Under the pieces are notes generated by a model that was not told where the DNA came from, searched no databases, and was given only the letters and a program-made list of their open reading frames with translations. Of a stretch of DNA of 64,000 bases, positions 31,436-48,848 are shown piece by piece (the first letter of the stretch is position 1; the number at the start of each line of letters is the position of its first letter). The DNA comes from the human T2T-CHM13v2.0 reference genome, Homo sapiens, in the NCBI RefSeq assembly GCF_009914755.1, contig NC_060930.1; one strand, given 5' to 3'. The position numbers and the translations under genes are program-made.

Positions 31436-31622
31436 TGGGGCAGATCCAGATTTTGTGGGGCCTCAAGCTTCACTTGAGGGACCTGCTTTTTTTTTAAAAA
31501 AAAATACAAAATTATAACATCTAATACAGAATTAAGTGAAGATCTTGGAAGGGGCCTATGGCCCATGCAAGTGACAGGCCCTAAAGCTTGAGTTTCACTA
31601 AATTTATGGTAAGTCCCCTCTG
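31436..31622 (-). mobile_element. MER96-like hAT MITE
   Basis: ggggcagatccagattttgtggggcct...gaaggggcc...ggtaagtcccctctg; imperfect TIRs. Confidence 0.6.
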
Positions 31623-32111
31623 CTTATCATCAACACATATATACAAGGCCCAGCCCAAGAGAAAAGGAAGGATTAAGTGAAAGCAAACTATAAACAGATG
31701 TATGGCTAAAGGCCATGAAATAAGAAAGAAAAACCTGCAAGAAAAAATTCAAGCAGTACAAGTTTTGAACTTCCTGTTAAATTTATGTAGTGATTAGAAT
31801 GAGAGGGGAAAAACTTTCTACACAGAAAGACCAGTACCTATTACTTATATATATCACTCATACGATAACCAAACAAATATACCAGATATCAGATATAGAT
31901 TAGATAAAAAAACTTCATCTTAGTAAACATGCTTAGACAATTTACTTGCAGAAATAATCGTTCATCAGCTCTCACTGGATATTGTTGAAAAGTTCCTAAC
32001 ATTTGTTTTGGATGCACCATTCCACAGAACATGATGTTTATCTGTTTATCTTGTATCTACTGATAATGACACAACTAATAGCTAACTTTAAGCATTTGCT
32101 CTGTGTTCAGC

Positions 32112-32528
32112 TGTATTAGGCCATTTTTGCATTGCTATAAAGAAATACTGGAGGCTAGGTAATTTATAAAGAAAAGAGGTTTATTTTGGCTCACAGTTCT
32201 GCAGGCTGTACAAGCATGCCACTGGCATCTGCTTCTGTGAGGGCTGCAGGAAACTTACAATTATGGTGGAAGGTAAAATGGGAACAGGCATGTCAAATGG
32301 CAAGAGAGGGAGCAAGAGAGGGCAAGGGGGTAGATCTCAGACTATTTTAAACAACCAGATCTTGTGTGAACTCAGTAAGAACTCACTCACTATTTCAAGG
32401 ACAGCACCAAGCCATTCATGAGGCATCCACCCCCATGATCCAAACGCCTCACACCAGGTCCTACCTGCAACACTGAGGATGACATTTCAACATTAGATTT
32501 GGAAGGGACAAACATCCAAATCATGTAA
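32112..32528 (-). mobile_element. MSTB-type LTR inserted in a MIR
   Basis: tgtattaggccatttttgcattgctataaag...aaacatccaaatcatgtaa; TSD tcagc/ccagc. Confidence 0.85.
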
Positions 32529-35285
32529 CCAGCTAGTCAGCAGGCTAAACACTACATGGAATGCCTCAATCAATCTTCAAACAAGCAAATGAAATAGGCA
32601 CTTTTGTTATCCTCATGTTACAGATGGGAAAACTGAGGCCCAAAAAGGTCATACAGTTTGTGAGAGTTGAAGCCAAGACCAATAGCAAACAGTGTCCATA
32701 CAAACCTGAGATTCAGAGACATTAAACAATCCACCAAGATCACACATATCTATTAAGTGGTGGAATCAGGATTCTAACTGGGTCTGACTTCAAAACAGGG
32801 GTTCTTGCAGCATGTTCTTAACACCCCTATAATATTGAAGGATCCAAGCACAAAATACAACATTGGTGAGGGTTCATAACTTAACAGTTCCTTTGATAAA
32901 AATGATAGAAGAAAAGCAAATGTGGAGTAGCTATTAATCTGAGTCTCTGTTGAACTTCCAGCATGTGCATGGCCTGCTTGCTGCCATTCCTGGGGGTAAG
33001 CGGCAGAAATCCAGCCTGGCTGCAAACAAGACACACACATTTCAGCAGTTGTAGCTCACTACATCATCAGAACTAGTGCCTCCTCTCCCACCTCCTTGTT
33101 CCATGGACTTTTTTTTAGAGTAATGACATTGCCATTCCTATTAACTTCATAGGTTCTGTATGACCAAATGGCATAATTTGGGGCTGGGACATTTTCTTTG
33201 CCATTTCACATTTTATAAAACTCCATACAAATTAATATAATCACATAATAGGAGAGCCATCATTTTCAACTGTAGAACCTGGAATAACTGCCACAAAGCC
33301 CCTCCCTGTTCTGCTACACAGGGGTTCCTCCCTCTAACTCATCCCCTTCCACACCAAAAATGGATTATGCTATTCTCTTTCATTCTTAGATTCAGGATTA
33401 GGTCTAATTGTAAGAGGCCAGGTCTACAGCCCACATCATATCACATGTTAAATTGTCAAAAAGAAAAAATTATTTGAGACCCAATATACCAAGAAACAAA
33501 CGTATGACATCCCAACCCCACCCCAAGCCTCTCCATTCCTTAGGAAGGGACAGTAATTTGGGAAGCGGTTGCTGTTTAAGATACAGTAATTGTTAAAAAT
33601 CAGAAAAGTAACAAAGATATAAAGAAGAAAAACATTGTCCAAAATCCCAGTCCCAAGAGGAAATGTCTATCAACTTTTGGTTATATTTCTTACAGTATTC
33701 TATCTACTTTAGAAAATATTAATAGTTGGGATCAAATAGTACATATAATTCTGAAATCTGTTTCTGGTGAGTTCTTTGCTGTTGTTGTTGTTTTCCCTTT
33801 AAAAGGGCGTCATTTTTTAATACTCATGAACAGCTCTCTTATATTTCAGGAAAAGATCATTTCAACATTTTGACTTCAGCATTCCACTGATGACTGCAAA
33901 CAGCCTAAGCTCCTCTTAGGCATAATTCAGTAGGCTGTCCCGAGACTTTTTGATCCCATAGTAGTAAAAATGCACCCACACAATTTAACCTACATAGAGC
34001 TATGATAAAAAATGAGAGCTGATCTTTCTTCCTGAAAAAATATTGTGGTCATTGTATTTTTATGCTAATATGAATTTAGGAAGAAGTTTTTTTGTTTGTT
34101 TGTTTGTTTTGTTTTGTTTTTCATGTTTCATAACATCCACTGATTCACACTTGGCAATTTTTGAATTGCGGAAGCAGAAAGATTGCAAATTCAAAGGGAA
34201 GGAAGGGATGGAGGACTGGAGGAATGAGTAATCTAAATATTCATATGATGTTAAAAGCCTCATTTGTTTGACAAGAAGGAGGTAGAAGAAGAGCATATAA
34301 AGGAAAAGAACAAGGAAGAGGAGTGTTCTAGAGGACTCCTGATTGAGATTTCTCCTCTCTGACCGCCCTAAATTCTTTCTTTTTCCTCAGTCCCACAACA
34401 GAGAAAAGAGTAGGATGGCTGTCTAATAGTTAAAGTAAAAAGACACTTTTATTTCTTTGTTGATATGAATCGACATGCTGGGGATTTTGGCAAACGATGA
34501 TCCTTTGAAAATCATCCAAAAATATATACTTCTAACTGAATCGAAGAGATCAATACATATAATGGATTTTTTTGAGTGCATATGTTGGCTCAGAACACAG
34601 AGAGTAGAGATAATCATTAAAGTTTTATGGGTTGTCAACCAGGGACTGTGTCATCTTACTTGACTTCAGTGGTGGCTCGTTTTAAAATTTTTAGACTGAG
34701 GTTTCCAGGATCCTCTATCCTCTTACTCATCCTCCTTCCTTAAAGGAATTGCTGATGCCTGGGAGGTTTCAGCCATGAGGCAATGCAGTTTTACTGGAGC
34801 TGGTTGTGGGGGGAGGGGTGGGGGTTCCAATGGCATTTTTTTCAATGGAAACAAAGGGTAGAATGCAGCTTCCCCAGTGTGCGTACACCATTTATGGGGC
34901 TAAGCAGACAGTCAGTTGCTAACCTGTCGCCATGAACACCTTCCCAAAATAAAATGTATGCACTACATTTTGAGGAGTGGGTGGTTTCAGGCAGACATTT
35001 TTCAGGCGCCAAAGAGAGCTCTGAATTTAGTTACATAGAATGAGAATTGTTACCTCACAGCCTAAATAACGGCTTCCTTCAGGCATATAATAATATTTGA
35101 ACTTCCTGTAAAGCCAAATCTCTTACAAGATGTTATATTAGCAAGTTTAAGTTACTCTAGGTTTTTTAAATTACTAAGGATCCTCATACCACTGTTTTCC
35201 ATAAATGTCTTAAAAGAGACAAATGAGTTCTAATTGTCTTGTCTTACATTACATGAGGAGAGGAAGAACAGCACCATCTTGATTC

Positions 35286-35621
<336 letters not shown>

Positions 35622-35687
35622 TGAAGTGCAGTTGCCAAATTTGGTTACTTTACTTTGAAGGACTGTAAGTGGATGTTTATCTAATAA

Positions 35688-35918
<231 letters not shown>

Positions 35919-36436
35919 TAAGAGCATACATTTTCAATTTTTTGTTTCCAAAAAATTCAGTGTGATGAATAAGGTTATATTAATGGTGAGCTTCTTGATC
36001 TGTGTGCTGAAAATTTTCACCCACACATACATTTGAACTTAAAACAGTTCACAGGGAAGGATCAACAAAAGCGAGTCCATAGTCCATGTAAAAAATCTAT
36101 ATAATCTACATTTTTTTCTAAAAAAGTCAATTTTCAGTTATCTATGGGGTGATTTCCAAACCCACATTTAAATGCAATTATAAATGCACAGTTCATAGCT
36201 AAATATAAAGTATTTATTCAGTGTTATCTGCAATTTAGATTAATAGGATTCCTGGGGAAATAATAAATCGCTGATAGTGCAAAAACAGATTTCATTGTTT
36301 GTGGAGAATGAGACATATGTCCATTTTCTTTCTAGACAAAAACCCAGTTCAAATTTTGTTTATACCAAGCCCTATAGGAATTTTTAAATACTTTAGGAAT
36401 GAGTATTTCCTTTAAAAATAAATCATTCAACAGAGC

Positions 36437-37750
36437 TTTATTATTATTATTTTATTTCAATAGTTTTTGGGGGTCCAGGTGGTTTTTGGTTACACGGATA
36501 AGTTCTTTAGTGGTGATTTCTGAAGTTTTGGTGTACCCAGTATGTGGTCTTGTCTCCCTCACCCTCCTCCCACCCATTCCCCCGTCCACAAGTCCCCAAA
36601 GTCCATTATAACATTTTTATGCTTTTGCATCCTCATAGCTTAGCCCACTTACAAGTGAGAACATGAGATAGTTAGTTTTCCATTCCTGAGTTACTTCACT
36701 TAGAATAATGGCCTCCAGCTCCATCCAAGTTGTTGCAAAGGCTATTATTTCATTCCGTTTTATGGCTGAGTAGTATTCCATGGTGTATACATACCACCTT
36801 TTCTTTATCCACTAGTTGGTCGATGGGCATTTAGGATGGTTCCATATTTTTGCAATCGTGAATTGCGCTGCCATAAATGTGTGTGCATGTGTCTTTTTCA
36901 TATAATAACTTCTTTTCCTCTGGGTAGATACCCAGTAGTGGGATTGCTGGATTGAATGGTATTTCTACTTCTAGTTCTTTAAGGAATCTCCATTCTGTTT
37001 TCCATAGTGGTTGAACTAATGTACATTTCCACTAGCAGTGTAAAGTGTTCCCATTTTACCACATTCACGCCAACATCTATTATTTTTCAATTTTTAAATT
37101 ATGGCCATTCTTGCAGGAGTAAGGTGGTATCTCATTGTGGTTTTGGTTTGCATTTCCCTGATAATTAGTGTTGTTGAGTATTTTTTCATATATTTGTTGG
37201 CCGTTTGTATATCTTCTTTTGAGAATTGTCTATTCATGTCCTTTACCACCCACTGTTTGATGGGATTTTTTTTTCCTTGCTGATTTGAGTTCCTTGTAGA
37301 TTCTGGATGTTAGTCCTTTGTTGGATGCATAGTTCATGAATATTTTCTCCCACTCTGTGGGTTGTCTGTTTACTTTGCTGATTATTTCTTTTGCTGTGCA
37401 GAAGGGTTTTAGTTTAATTAGGTCCCAATTATTTATTTTTGTTTCTGTTGCATCTGCTTGGGGGTTCTTAGTCATGAATTCTTTGCCTAAGCCAATGTCT
37501 AGAAGAGTTTTTCCTATATTATCCTCTAGAATTTTTATGGTTTCAGGTCTGAGATTTAAGTCTTTGATCTGTCTTGAGTTGATTTTTGTATAAGGTGAGA
37601 GATGAGGATCCAGTTTCATTCTTCCACATGTGGCTTGCCAGTTTACCCAGCCCCATTTATTGAATAGAGCGTCCTTTCCCTACTTTATGCTTTTGTTTGC
37701 TTTATTGAAGATCAGTTGGCTGTAAGTATTTGGCTTTATTTCTAGGTTTT
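36437..37750 (-). mobile_element. L1PB 3' fragment
   Basis: ORF 37230..37619 is L1 ORF2 C-terminal region; L1PB-type 3'UTR. Confidence 0.88.
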
Positions 37751-37821
37751 CAAATGGAGATTTTAAGTGTTTTCTGCTAAAGCACAAAATTTTCTTGCAA
37801 TGAGATTTGATTTTTCTCCTT

Positions 37822-39112
<1,291 letters not shown>

Positions 39113-39221
39113 TTTTTTTTAAGTTAAAAATAATTGGTTGTAAAAATACAACTAAGGCAGAAACGTATAAAGCAAAAAGTAAAGGTCCCTCATGCCCACC
39201 CACATTTTACATTTTGGTAGC

Positions 39222-39548
39222 TTTTTTTTTTTTTTTCCTTTTCGTTCTTTCTTTTTTTTTTTTTTTTTTGAGACAGCCTCACTGTCATCCAGGCCAGAGT
39301 GCAGTGGCGCCATCTTGGCTCACTACAACCTCCACCTCTCAGGCTCAACCATTCCTCCCACCTTAGCCTCCCGAGGATCTAAGACTACAGGCGCACATCA
39401 CCACACCCAACTAATTTTTGTATTTTTTGTAGAGACGGGGCTTTACCATGTTGCCCAGGCTGGTCTCAAACTCCTGGGCTCAAGTGATCCTCCCACCTCA
39501 GCCTCCCAAAGTGCCAGGATTACAGGTGTGAGCCACCATGCCTGTCTG
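39222..39548 (-). mobile_element. AluJ
   Basis: Dimer with long T tail. Confidence 0.88.
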
Positions 39549-39749
39549 CTTGCCTGATATTTTTAATGACCTATGTCTACTCTCTCAAGAGATCTTAGCT
39601 TGGAATTGTCCACCTTCCACAATGTTTCCAGAATTATCTATCTAATTTTGAACCTAGTTATTTCAGTCCCCTGCTGGCTCCCTGCAACTGCATATGAATC
39701 TGAATGCCTTTACAGCCACTCCAGCTCTTCAAAACCTAAGCCCAACCCC

Positions 39750-40170
39750 CCTTTCTTGCCTCATGTCCTTGCTCCCTCTACAAATTACCCTCTGTGCCAG
39801 CCATGCTGAGTTTTTTACCTTTCTCAGAATTTCTCATTCTTTCTCTTGCCTCTATGCCCTTGCATTTACCATTTCCCCTTCCTTCTTCTACCTTTGGTAA
39901 ATTCCTATTCAACTTCCAAGAACCATCTGAAATATCACTTCCTCTATGCCCCCTCCTTAACTCCCCAAGCCAAATAAGCTACCTCTCTTCTGCTTCCCTT
40001 GTGGTGGCACCAAGTACTTTATTATATAATCTTCAAACAAATGTTTGTCTCCTCCTAGAGACCATGATGTCTTTTTGGGCAAGGACCTTCAGCATGCATT
40101 CCCTGTCCTTGGTTGAGTTCCTGACTGACAGGAGGCCTTCAAAAAGTGTTTACAGAATACCTAAATAATT
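39750..40170. mobile_element. L2 fragment
   Basis: gcccttgcatttaccatttcccc; tgtctcctcctagagaccatgatg; boundaries approximate. Confidence 0.55.
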
Positions 40171-40599
40171 CTCAGTATTATCCAGTAAAAGCAAACAACA
40201 ACAAAAAAATTCAATCTCTCTTCTTTACCTATGGCATAGAGTATGAACTAGATAGTAGTTAATATATAACAAGCATTAATTAACAATGTATGGTTCACCT
40301 GCATGAGGAAATCATACCATGAACCTCTGCAGACAGACATGTCTATATCCTCAGCCAAAATGGCAAAGAAGGCAAATGATCCCCAAGTGTCTCTCCTTTC
40401 CTCTGCATTTCTCTCCCACCTCCTGTGCCTTCCCAGCCACAGCATTCATTGTCAGATGCCCTCTGGCCACAGCTGTTATTGTAGAATGCACACACCAAGC
40501 CATACACCAACATTTCTCCCTTTCCACCTCAGCCAGCTTCCATTCTTTTAGCCAAGCATCATGAACAACTATGTGAGAAACCAATAAGATTACATGATT

Positions 40600-40920
<321 letters not shown>

Positions 40921-43187
40921 ATTACATGACTTGTACTCTGTCAAGAATAAACTCAGTCTCCCAGAGAGGAATATCTTTTTCAAAGATTAGCTCAATAGCT
41001 CAAATGAATCTAACTGGTAGAATACGCTAAAGAGATATTTTCATTGGAAGGCCTTTCAGAAGTCCCTTGGACTTTCTAGGCCACAAGATACCACCAGCTC
41101 CAACATGTTGAAGAGGTGGGGGTCAGCAGCAGGACCTCCCCCCATTTCTGAAAGGTTGCCGACACCTGGCCCTTCTGCAGGGATTTCCCAGTGCACCTTC
41201 CTTAGGGAATGAGTGTTCCTAAAATTGCAATCACTCAGTATTCACTGCCAGCCTAGTGGGGGAAAAACAAACAAAAGAAAAACAAAAAACAAACAAAAAA
41301 ACACCATTATAATACAAATAGAATTAGGGCAAAAAGAACAAGGGAAAAAGGGCCAAGAGAAAGGTGGCAGATAAGAAGAATGACAATCCTGGGGGAACCA
41401 CATAGAAGCTGCCACACCCAAATAGATGGCACTTGGCACTCACACAAGAAGCCTACTGAAAGAATCAGAAATGCACCCATTCCAACATTTTTTCTATTTA
41501 AAATGTTTTCCACCTAAAGCTGAGTGTCCTATAGTACATTAGCTTTTAAAAAAAATCACAAAAGATTGCGTGGGTCAGAAAAGCCCAGAGCGCTTTTCTT
41601 CGTGAAATTACAAAAGCCTGACAAATGGCTGCAAATGTCCCTGCTCTTCCCTCGCTTCTCATGAGATTCGTTGCTATCCCCAATTTGATCTTATTTCCAG
41701 GGCAGCCTTTCCTCTTATAGCCATACATGCTGAGATCAAAGGAGGGAGATGCTGTTACATACAGGACTAACGTTACAGGGAAAAGAATTGGAAAGAGCTC
41801 AGACTTCATTATATACAAGAATAATTTCAAGGAATAAAAACCATTTCCAGAGGAAGCTGAAACCAAAAATAGTAGCAACTCTAAACTTCATTTTAGGAGC
41901 CTGAAGAATGTTATACCCCTCCATGAGGTTGCCTAGGGAACAGGACTCATTTATCCTTTGCTGTCCAATAATTTCTTGGAAATTGCTACCCCATATTAAA
42001 TCTATGATTGTTAAATTCACTCTAAATGGAAAAGGCCCTCAAGAAAGTGCTGTTTAAGTTATAGTAAAGAAATCTTTGTCAGGAAAACGTTATAGAAATC
42101 TAAAGTTCCTTTAATATGTCTGGCTGTCCCAACAAACCTTCTTCTACTTGGATATAAGATTTTTTAAATCCATAATCTCTTATTCTACATCTTGATTTCT
42201 CAATGTAGAGTTTTCTTATAAATAAACCAATTTGTTTAGATTACAAACACTTATCTTAGCATGTCAAAAACTATAAATAGGAATATTCTATTCTGAACTA
42301 AACCATGCAAAACTATTCCAGCTTACCCCCAAACATTCAAGAAAAAATATCCTTGATAACGGAATGTGTAAGAAGCAAAAAGAAGGGTGTTTGGCATTCT
42401 TCACATGATAAATTTTCCTCAAATTTTGCCTGTTATAAGCCCAACCATGAGAGAGAAAAGTTTGTGTTATTGTCAGGGAGAGGCATATTGAAAGTGCCAC
42501 CGATGATGATATTAGTGTGTTTGTTTTTTAGCATTGTTTGTAACAACACTATTGACCAAATTCCTATCCTTCCTATGCTCTGTAATTCTTTCAGGCCAAG
42601 GTAATTATTTCACAGGCATGCTGAGTCTTTCATTTCTGGTTCCCGTGTGTGAATTGTGAAAAGGGCATTCTGAATGCTACCTCTCCTGCAGGTGAAATAT
42701 TCCTTCTGTTTATGTTCCTTGCTAATGCCTCAGGCTTCTCTACACATGATCACTTTTTACACGAAAGCTAGAAGAGGCTAAACTTTATCTCTGCACTTTC
42801 CTCTTTGGAACAGCTTGCATTAAAATCTAGATTAGGGGATGAGACTGAAAGCGATGGCTATAGTGGTGATAATCGGTAATTTGGTAAGTTTAATTTTTCT
42901 GTGAAATTTTAGAGCCTGGCTGTACTAGGCCTGAGACCAGAGACTTTTGTCCTCAAATATGTATTCTTTAGTAGAACATGTCTGAAATAATAGCCATTAG
43001 CTGAAGAGAAAACTCACAATTAACCAGAATTTCACCCATAATAGAAAAACTCTTACTTATCACAAAGCACTGCCTTGGACACTGCTTAAAAATATGCTAA
43101 AATAATTTTTTCTCCAGATCAATTATAAGGGAGTTGCATTATAAGAGAACAGATTCATATAGGAAATCTTACTTTAAAAATAAAAAC

Positions 43188-43455
<268 letters not shown>

Positions 43456-44247
43456 ATGTTCCACAAAGAGTATGGTGGTCTGTAACAAGGTTATGACCAT
43501 AGCATACTCAGCCAGCTGAACAAGTTTCACTACTATCATTTCATTTTAGAAAGATGCTCACTAACAGCATGAAAACTAGTTCATCTCAATGCATCCAGTA
43601 TTTATTTACTGTGCATTTCACATGGGCTAGGCATTATGCTGTGAGCTGCTATGGAAAAAGGCAAATATGACAAAATTGCTATCTCAAAAATTTCAAAGTG
43701 TTTGGTATAAATAGATACATGGTGTATTATACAGACAGATAAATAGTGTATCAAAGAGATACCCTAAGTACCCAGGTAATTATGATGCAAGGAACTAGCT
43801 AACTTCGATAAAAGACACAAAAACAAAGCTTTATGGGAATTCAAATGAGTAAGCAATTACATCCATTGGAAGAATCCCAGTAGAGTAAAATGGTACGAAC
43901 TCTCTTGAGGGTAATTTAGCAAAGCATATAAAAAGCCTTAAGACTGTACCGTTTATGGTAGTAAAAAACTGGAGATAATCTATATATCCAACAATTGGGA
44001 AGTGGTTAAATAATGTACAATACATTTACTCATTAGAATACAAGTAGGCATTACAAATTACATTGTAGATAAGTATTTCATAAGATTTTATGGAAAAACT
44101 ATAAAATATTAGTGCATATGGTAAGAAAAATGTTCAAACTCTTCAAAAGGACAATGAAGTGTCTTTCTCCCACCCCAGAATCCCTAGTAACTTTACCCAA
44201 ATTGCCTTGACCCAAAGACACCCCTTAACCCCAAAACCCAAAGTACT

Positions 44248-44668
44248 TGTGTTGGTCCATTCTCATGTTGCTCTAAAGAAATACCTGAAACTGCACTGTG
44301 TATAAAGAAAAGAGGTTTAATTGGCTCCCAGTTTCACAGGCTATCCAGGAAGCATGATGCTGGCATCTGCTTGGCTTCTGGTAAGGCCTCAGGAAACTTA
44401 CAATCGTGGCAGAAGGCAAAGGAGAAGCAGGCATGTCACATGGCCAGAGCAGGCGCAAGAGACAGGAAGTAGGTGCTGCACAGTTTTAAGTGACCAGATC
44501 TCATGAGAACTCACTATTGCGAGGACAGTACCAAGAGTGATGGTGCTAAATATTACATGAGAAACCCGCCCACATGAGCCAATTACCTTCTACCAGGCCC
44601 TACCTCCAACATTTGGGATTACAATTTGACATGCAATTTGGGTGGACACACATATCCAAACTATATCA
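44248..44668 (-). mobile_element. MST-type MaLR solo LTR
   Basis: tgtgttggtccattctcatgttgc...atccaaactatatca; TSD gtact/gcact. Confidence 0.87.
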
Positions 44669-45094
44669 GCACTTTTACCCAAAACCATTTCTCAAAGACC
44701 TGTGCCTCAGAGTACATAAACAGGCATGTGCTGTATGAACCCACTGTTTGGCCCTTTGCTTTGGGCCCTTAACGAATTATCTTGGATATTTTTCCATATC
44801 AGCAAAATATAGATATATACCACGTATTTCAATAGTCACCAGGTATTCAATCGCATGGGTTTTATTATACTTCACGTATTCAGTTCCCTATTAAAGAGCA
44901 AATATGTTGTTTCCAGAATTTTGCTATTACAAACAATGTTGCAATATATGTAGATGAAATGTTTAATACTATGTAAAAATGTTCAAGATATTTTAAGTTA
45001 AAAAAACTCAGACTATAAAATAGTATATATGGCCATCCCACCTTAATTTTGTTAAAATATATATACCACTGAGAGAAAAGTGTGGAAGCAGAGA

Positions 45095-45507
<413 letters not shown>

Positions 45508-45819
45508 TGAACATATGCCACTTATGTGATTAAAAATATTAAATGGTTTAGAGAAAGGTTTTATGGAAGAGACAGCATTTGGGATAGGACTTGAAAGATG
45601 GGTGACTTTTTAACTTGTTCAGATACGAGAAAATATTAAAGATAATAGGATTTATGATTAAAGCTAAATAAGATGAGAAAGTTTAGGCAAGTTGGAAGAA
45701 AAACCATCTAGTTAGGTTAGAGCATAGGATAGCCATAGGAAAGTAGTGGAAAATAAAGAGGTTGGGAAATTGAATTGAGACCTTGCACATCAAATGGGGT
45801 GATTACATTTAACACATTG

Positions 45820-46110
45820 AGTGGCTCACACCTGTAATCTCAGCACTTTGGGAGGCCGAGGCGGGTGGATCATGAGATCAGAAGTTCGAGACCAGCCCAG
45901 CCAATATGGTGAAACCCCGTCTCTACTAAAAATACAAAAATTAGCCGGGTGTGGTGGCTCACACCTGTAATCCCAGCCACTAAGGAGGCTGAGGTTGAAC
46001 CCAGGAGGTAGAGGTTGAACCCAGGAGGCAGAGGTTGCAGTGAGCCTAGATCACACCACTGCACTCCAGCCTGAGCGATGGAGTGAGACTCTGTCTCAAA
46101 AAAAAAAAAA
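45820..46110 (+). mobile_element. AluS with an internal 20-bp duplication
   Basis: gaggttgaacccaggagg(t/c)a occurs twice at 45991-46030. Confidence 0.88.
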
Positions 46111-48169
46111 AGGAGCGGGGGGAGTAACAACAACAAAGACAGAGGTGTGCAGCAACACCACTTTCATGTAGTCAGAGAATTTGGTTATCCAGTATATTCC
46201 TGAGCACTTAGTTCAGTCAACACTTGGTGCTATACTTGATATGTCCCCAAAAGCAGTCAAAATGACATAAGGGAAGTTATCAGAAAGAGGGAGTTCAACC
46301 TCAAGGGAAATACAATGACATAAGGCAAATGTAGTGAAAAGTATCAAACTGTCACTAAGTAAAATATTTTCAAAGATGTGAATACTCACCACCTACATTG
46401 TTTCACAATAATATCCTCAATAAGCCTGTGTGACTTTAAATACTTACACCCAGGAGATGCACAGGGGAAAGATCACTAAATAACAAGATGCCTACCAATG
46501 CCATGAGGCAGGTGGACTGTTTGAAACACACACCAGTTACATCCATGGCTGTCAATGGAGAAAGATGAGTCCCAAGGGCACTAAAGGGATGTCTGGATAT
46601 CAGAGTCACACTGCTGCTGTTTTAAATACTTTCCGAATCCAATCCAGAAAATTGGCGCTCTTTAACACTTTCTGCAGTAAATGGTTAAACTAATAGAAGT
46701 TCCCCCATCACTAAGAAAGTGAAAGGCAATAAAATATACCAAATCATCCATACCATGATACTTCATCCCCAGTAATTGTATATTGGCCTTAAACAATTCA
46801 AAAAAATCCAACCCAATAACTACTTAATAAATAGTGCCCATGTGGGGAGTAACTGGCCAGCCACTGTACTAGTTTTTTTATAGTCCTTTTTGTCTTTAAT
46901 CCCCTCAACAGTCTTTCATGAAAGGTATCATCACCCCCATTTCATGGAAAAAATGGAATGTGGCTCAAAGAACTTAATTTACCTTGCTATTCACACAACA
47001 AACAGGTTGTAAAGTTGGTATTCAGGTCTTGGGTTGAGAGCCAGCAACTCCCACTGGGCACCACGGCCCAATGCCTGCTACCTGACCCAAAGCCAGCATC
47101 TTGAAAATGTCATTAACATTGCTCTCCTGTGCCAATACCAAGACCAGAGTAATTATAAGAAACCCTCAGGACTCATTTCAGACCAACAACTGATCCCTCT
47201 AGCTGATCAGAATAATAACACCACAGCAAACCTCAAAACCAATACAAGTTTCTAAAGAAAGAGCTGTGATATTTTTTTGTGGCCAGCCTCTTTCTTTGCC
47301 TGAATTGCTAGCAAAATGAAAAATTGGACAGAATAATAATTATGTCTTTCATTAGTTTGGGGATCTGATAAACGGATTCTTTTTTATAACATCAGGAACA
47401 AGAAGTTTAAGTCTTCAAATATAATGTCTATATATTTTAAATATCTGGAATTCTCTTGAAAAATCTCAAGAATGAAATTTCCATTTAAACTAGCTATATA
47501 ACATAAAATGCTACTGATTTAAGCCAAATGAGAAACTGAGCAAGAGACCTTTTTGCTGTCTTTAAAGAACAAAATTCTTTAGAAAATAGAAGCAATGCTC
47601 TAAGAATAGAAAGAACATTTTTCTCCCTGAATACCCCACCTCTTCCTAACAAGACTACACTTTTATATCCACTACACTTTTATCTTACATACACTACACT
47701 TTCATCTTACATCCACAGGCAGGTTCCCTTTTTCTCCCCAAAGAAAAGGCAGGGACATATCTGGTAAAAACTATCCCAACATCTCTGAATATTACATCAT
47801 ATGCAGAATAAGAAAAAAAATTACTAGAAAAATTTTTTCCATAATCTTGCCAGAAAACAACAGAGGCAACCAAGAAGAAGCTAACAAATCCTCTCACCGC
47901 TCCCCAGAGCCATTCTATAGAAAGGAGGGCAGCTGAATAGCAGGAATGGAACAAGGGAGAGAGGTCTAATGACCAAGGGTCTGGATGGCTCATTCGCCCA
48001 CCCACTCAACACTTACCAAGCCTCCACTGTGGACTAGGCATCAGAAATATGGGAACCGATGACAGCTGAGACCAGCTTTCTCTATTAAACATTTCCATAG
48101 CACACCGTATTTTTTCTTTATAGCACTCAACATACTTCTGTCTTTTCAGCTACATCTTAAAAGACTTGT

Positions 48170-48848
48170 TTATGGGAGTGTAAAATTATGTACCTGCTAT
48201 GGAAAACAGTTATGGTGGTTCCTCAAAAAATTAAAAATAGAATCACCATGTGATCCACAATTCCACTTCTGGGAACATACCCAAAATAACTGAAAGCATG
48301 GCCTTGAAGAGACATTTGTACAACCTCAGTCACAGTAGCACTACTCATAATAGTCAAGGGGTCAAGCAACTCCCGTGTTTATTGACAGATGAATGGATAA
48401 GCAAAATGCAATCTATACATATGGCAAAAAGCACAATTACTTTTGTACTAACCTAATACAATGGAACATTATTTAGCCTTAAAAAGGAAGGCAGTTCTGG
48501 CACATGCTACAACCCCAATGAACCTTGAAAACATTATGCAAAGTGAAATAAACTACACACAAAACAACAAAATAATGTGTGATTCCACTTACACGAGGTA
48601 CCTAGATTAGGCAAATTCATAGAGACAGGAAGTAGATTAGAGGTTACCAGGAAGGAGTGGGGCAAGGGGAGTTATTGTTTAATGGGTACAGGATTTCTGT
48701 TTTGCAAAATGAAAAAGTTCTGGAGACTGAATGCACAACAATGTGAATGTACTTAACACTACTGAACTGTACACTTAAAAATGGTTACTTTGATAAATTT
48801 TATGGTAAGTGTATTTTTACCTCAATTAAAATTTTTAAAAATTAAAAA
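48170..48848 (+). mobile_element. L1MB-type 3' fragment
   Basis: gaatgtacttaacactactgaactgtacacttaaaaatggtta. Confidence 0.82.
48422..48456. mobile_element. Half MADE1 / solo Hsmar1 terminal inverted repeat flanked by TA
   Basis: tggcaaaaagcacaattacttttgtactaacctaa resembles the MADE1 right arm; TA at 48420-48421 and 48457-48458. Confidence 0.78.

Noticed and set aside
31436-31622. Possible MER53/miR-1302 hairpin
   Set aside because: Lacks the TTGGGACATACTTAT core; fits a MER96-like MITE better.
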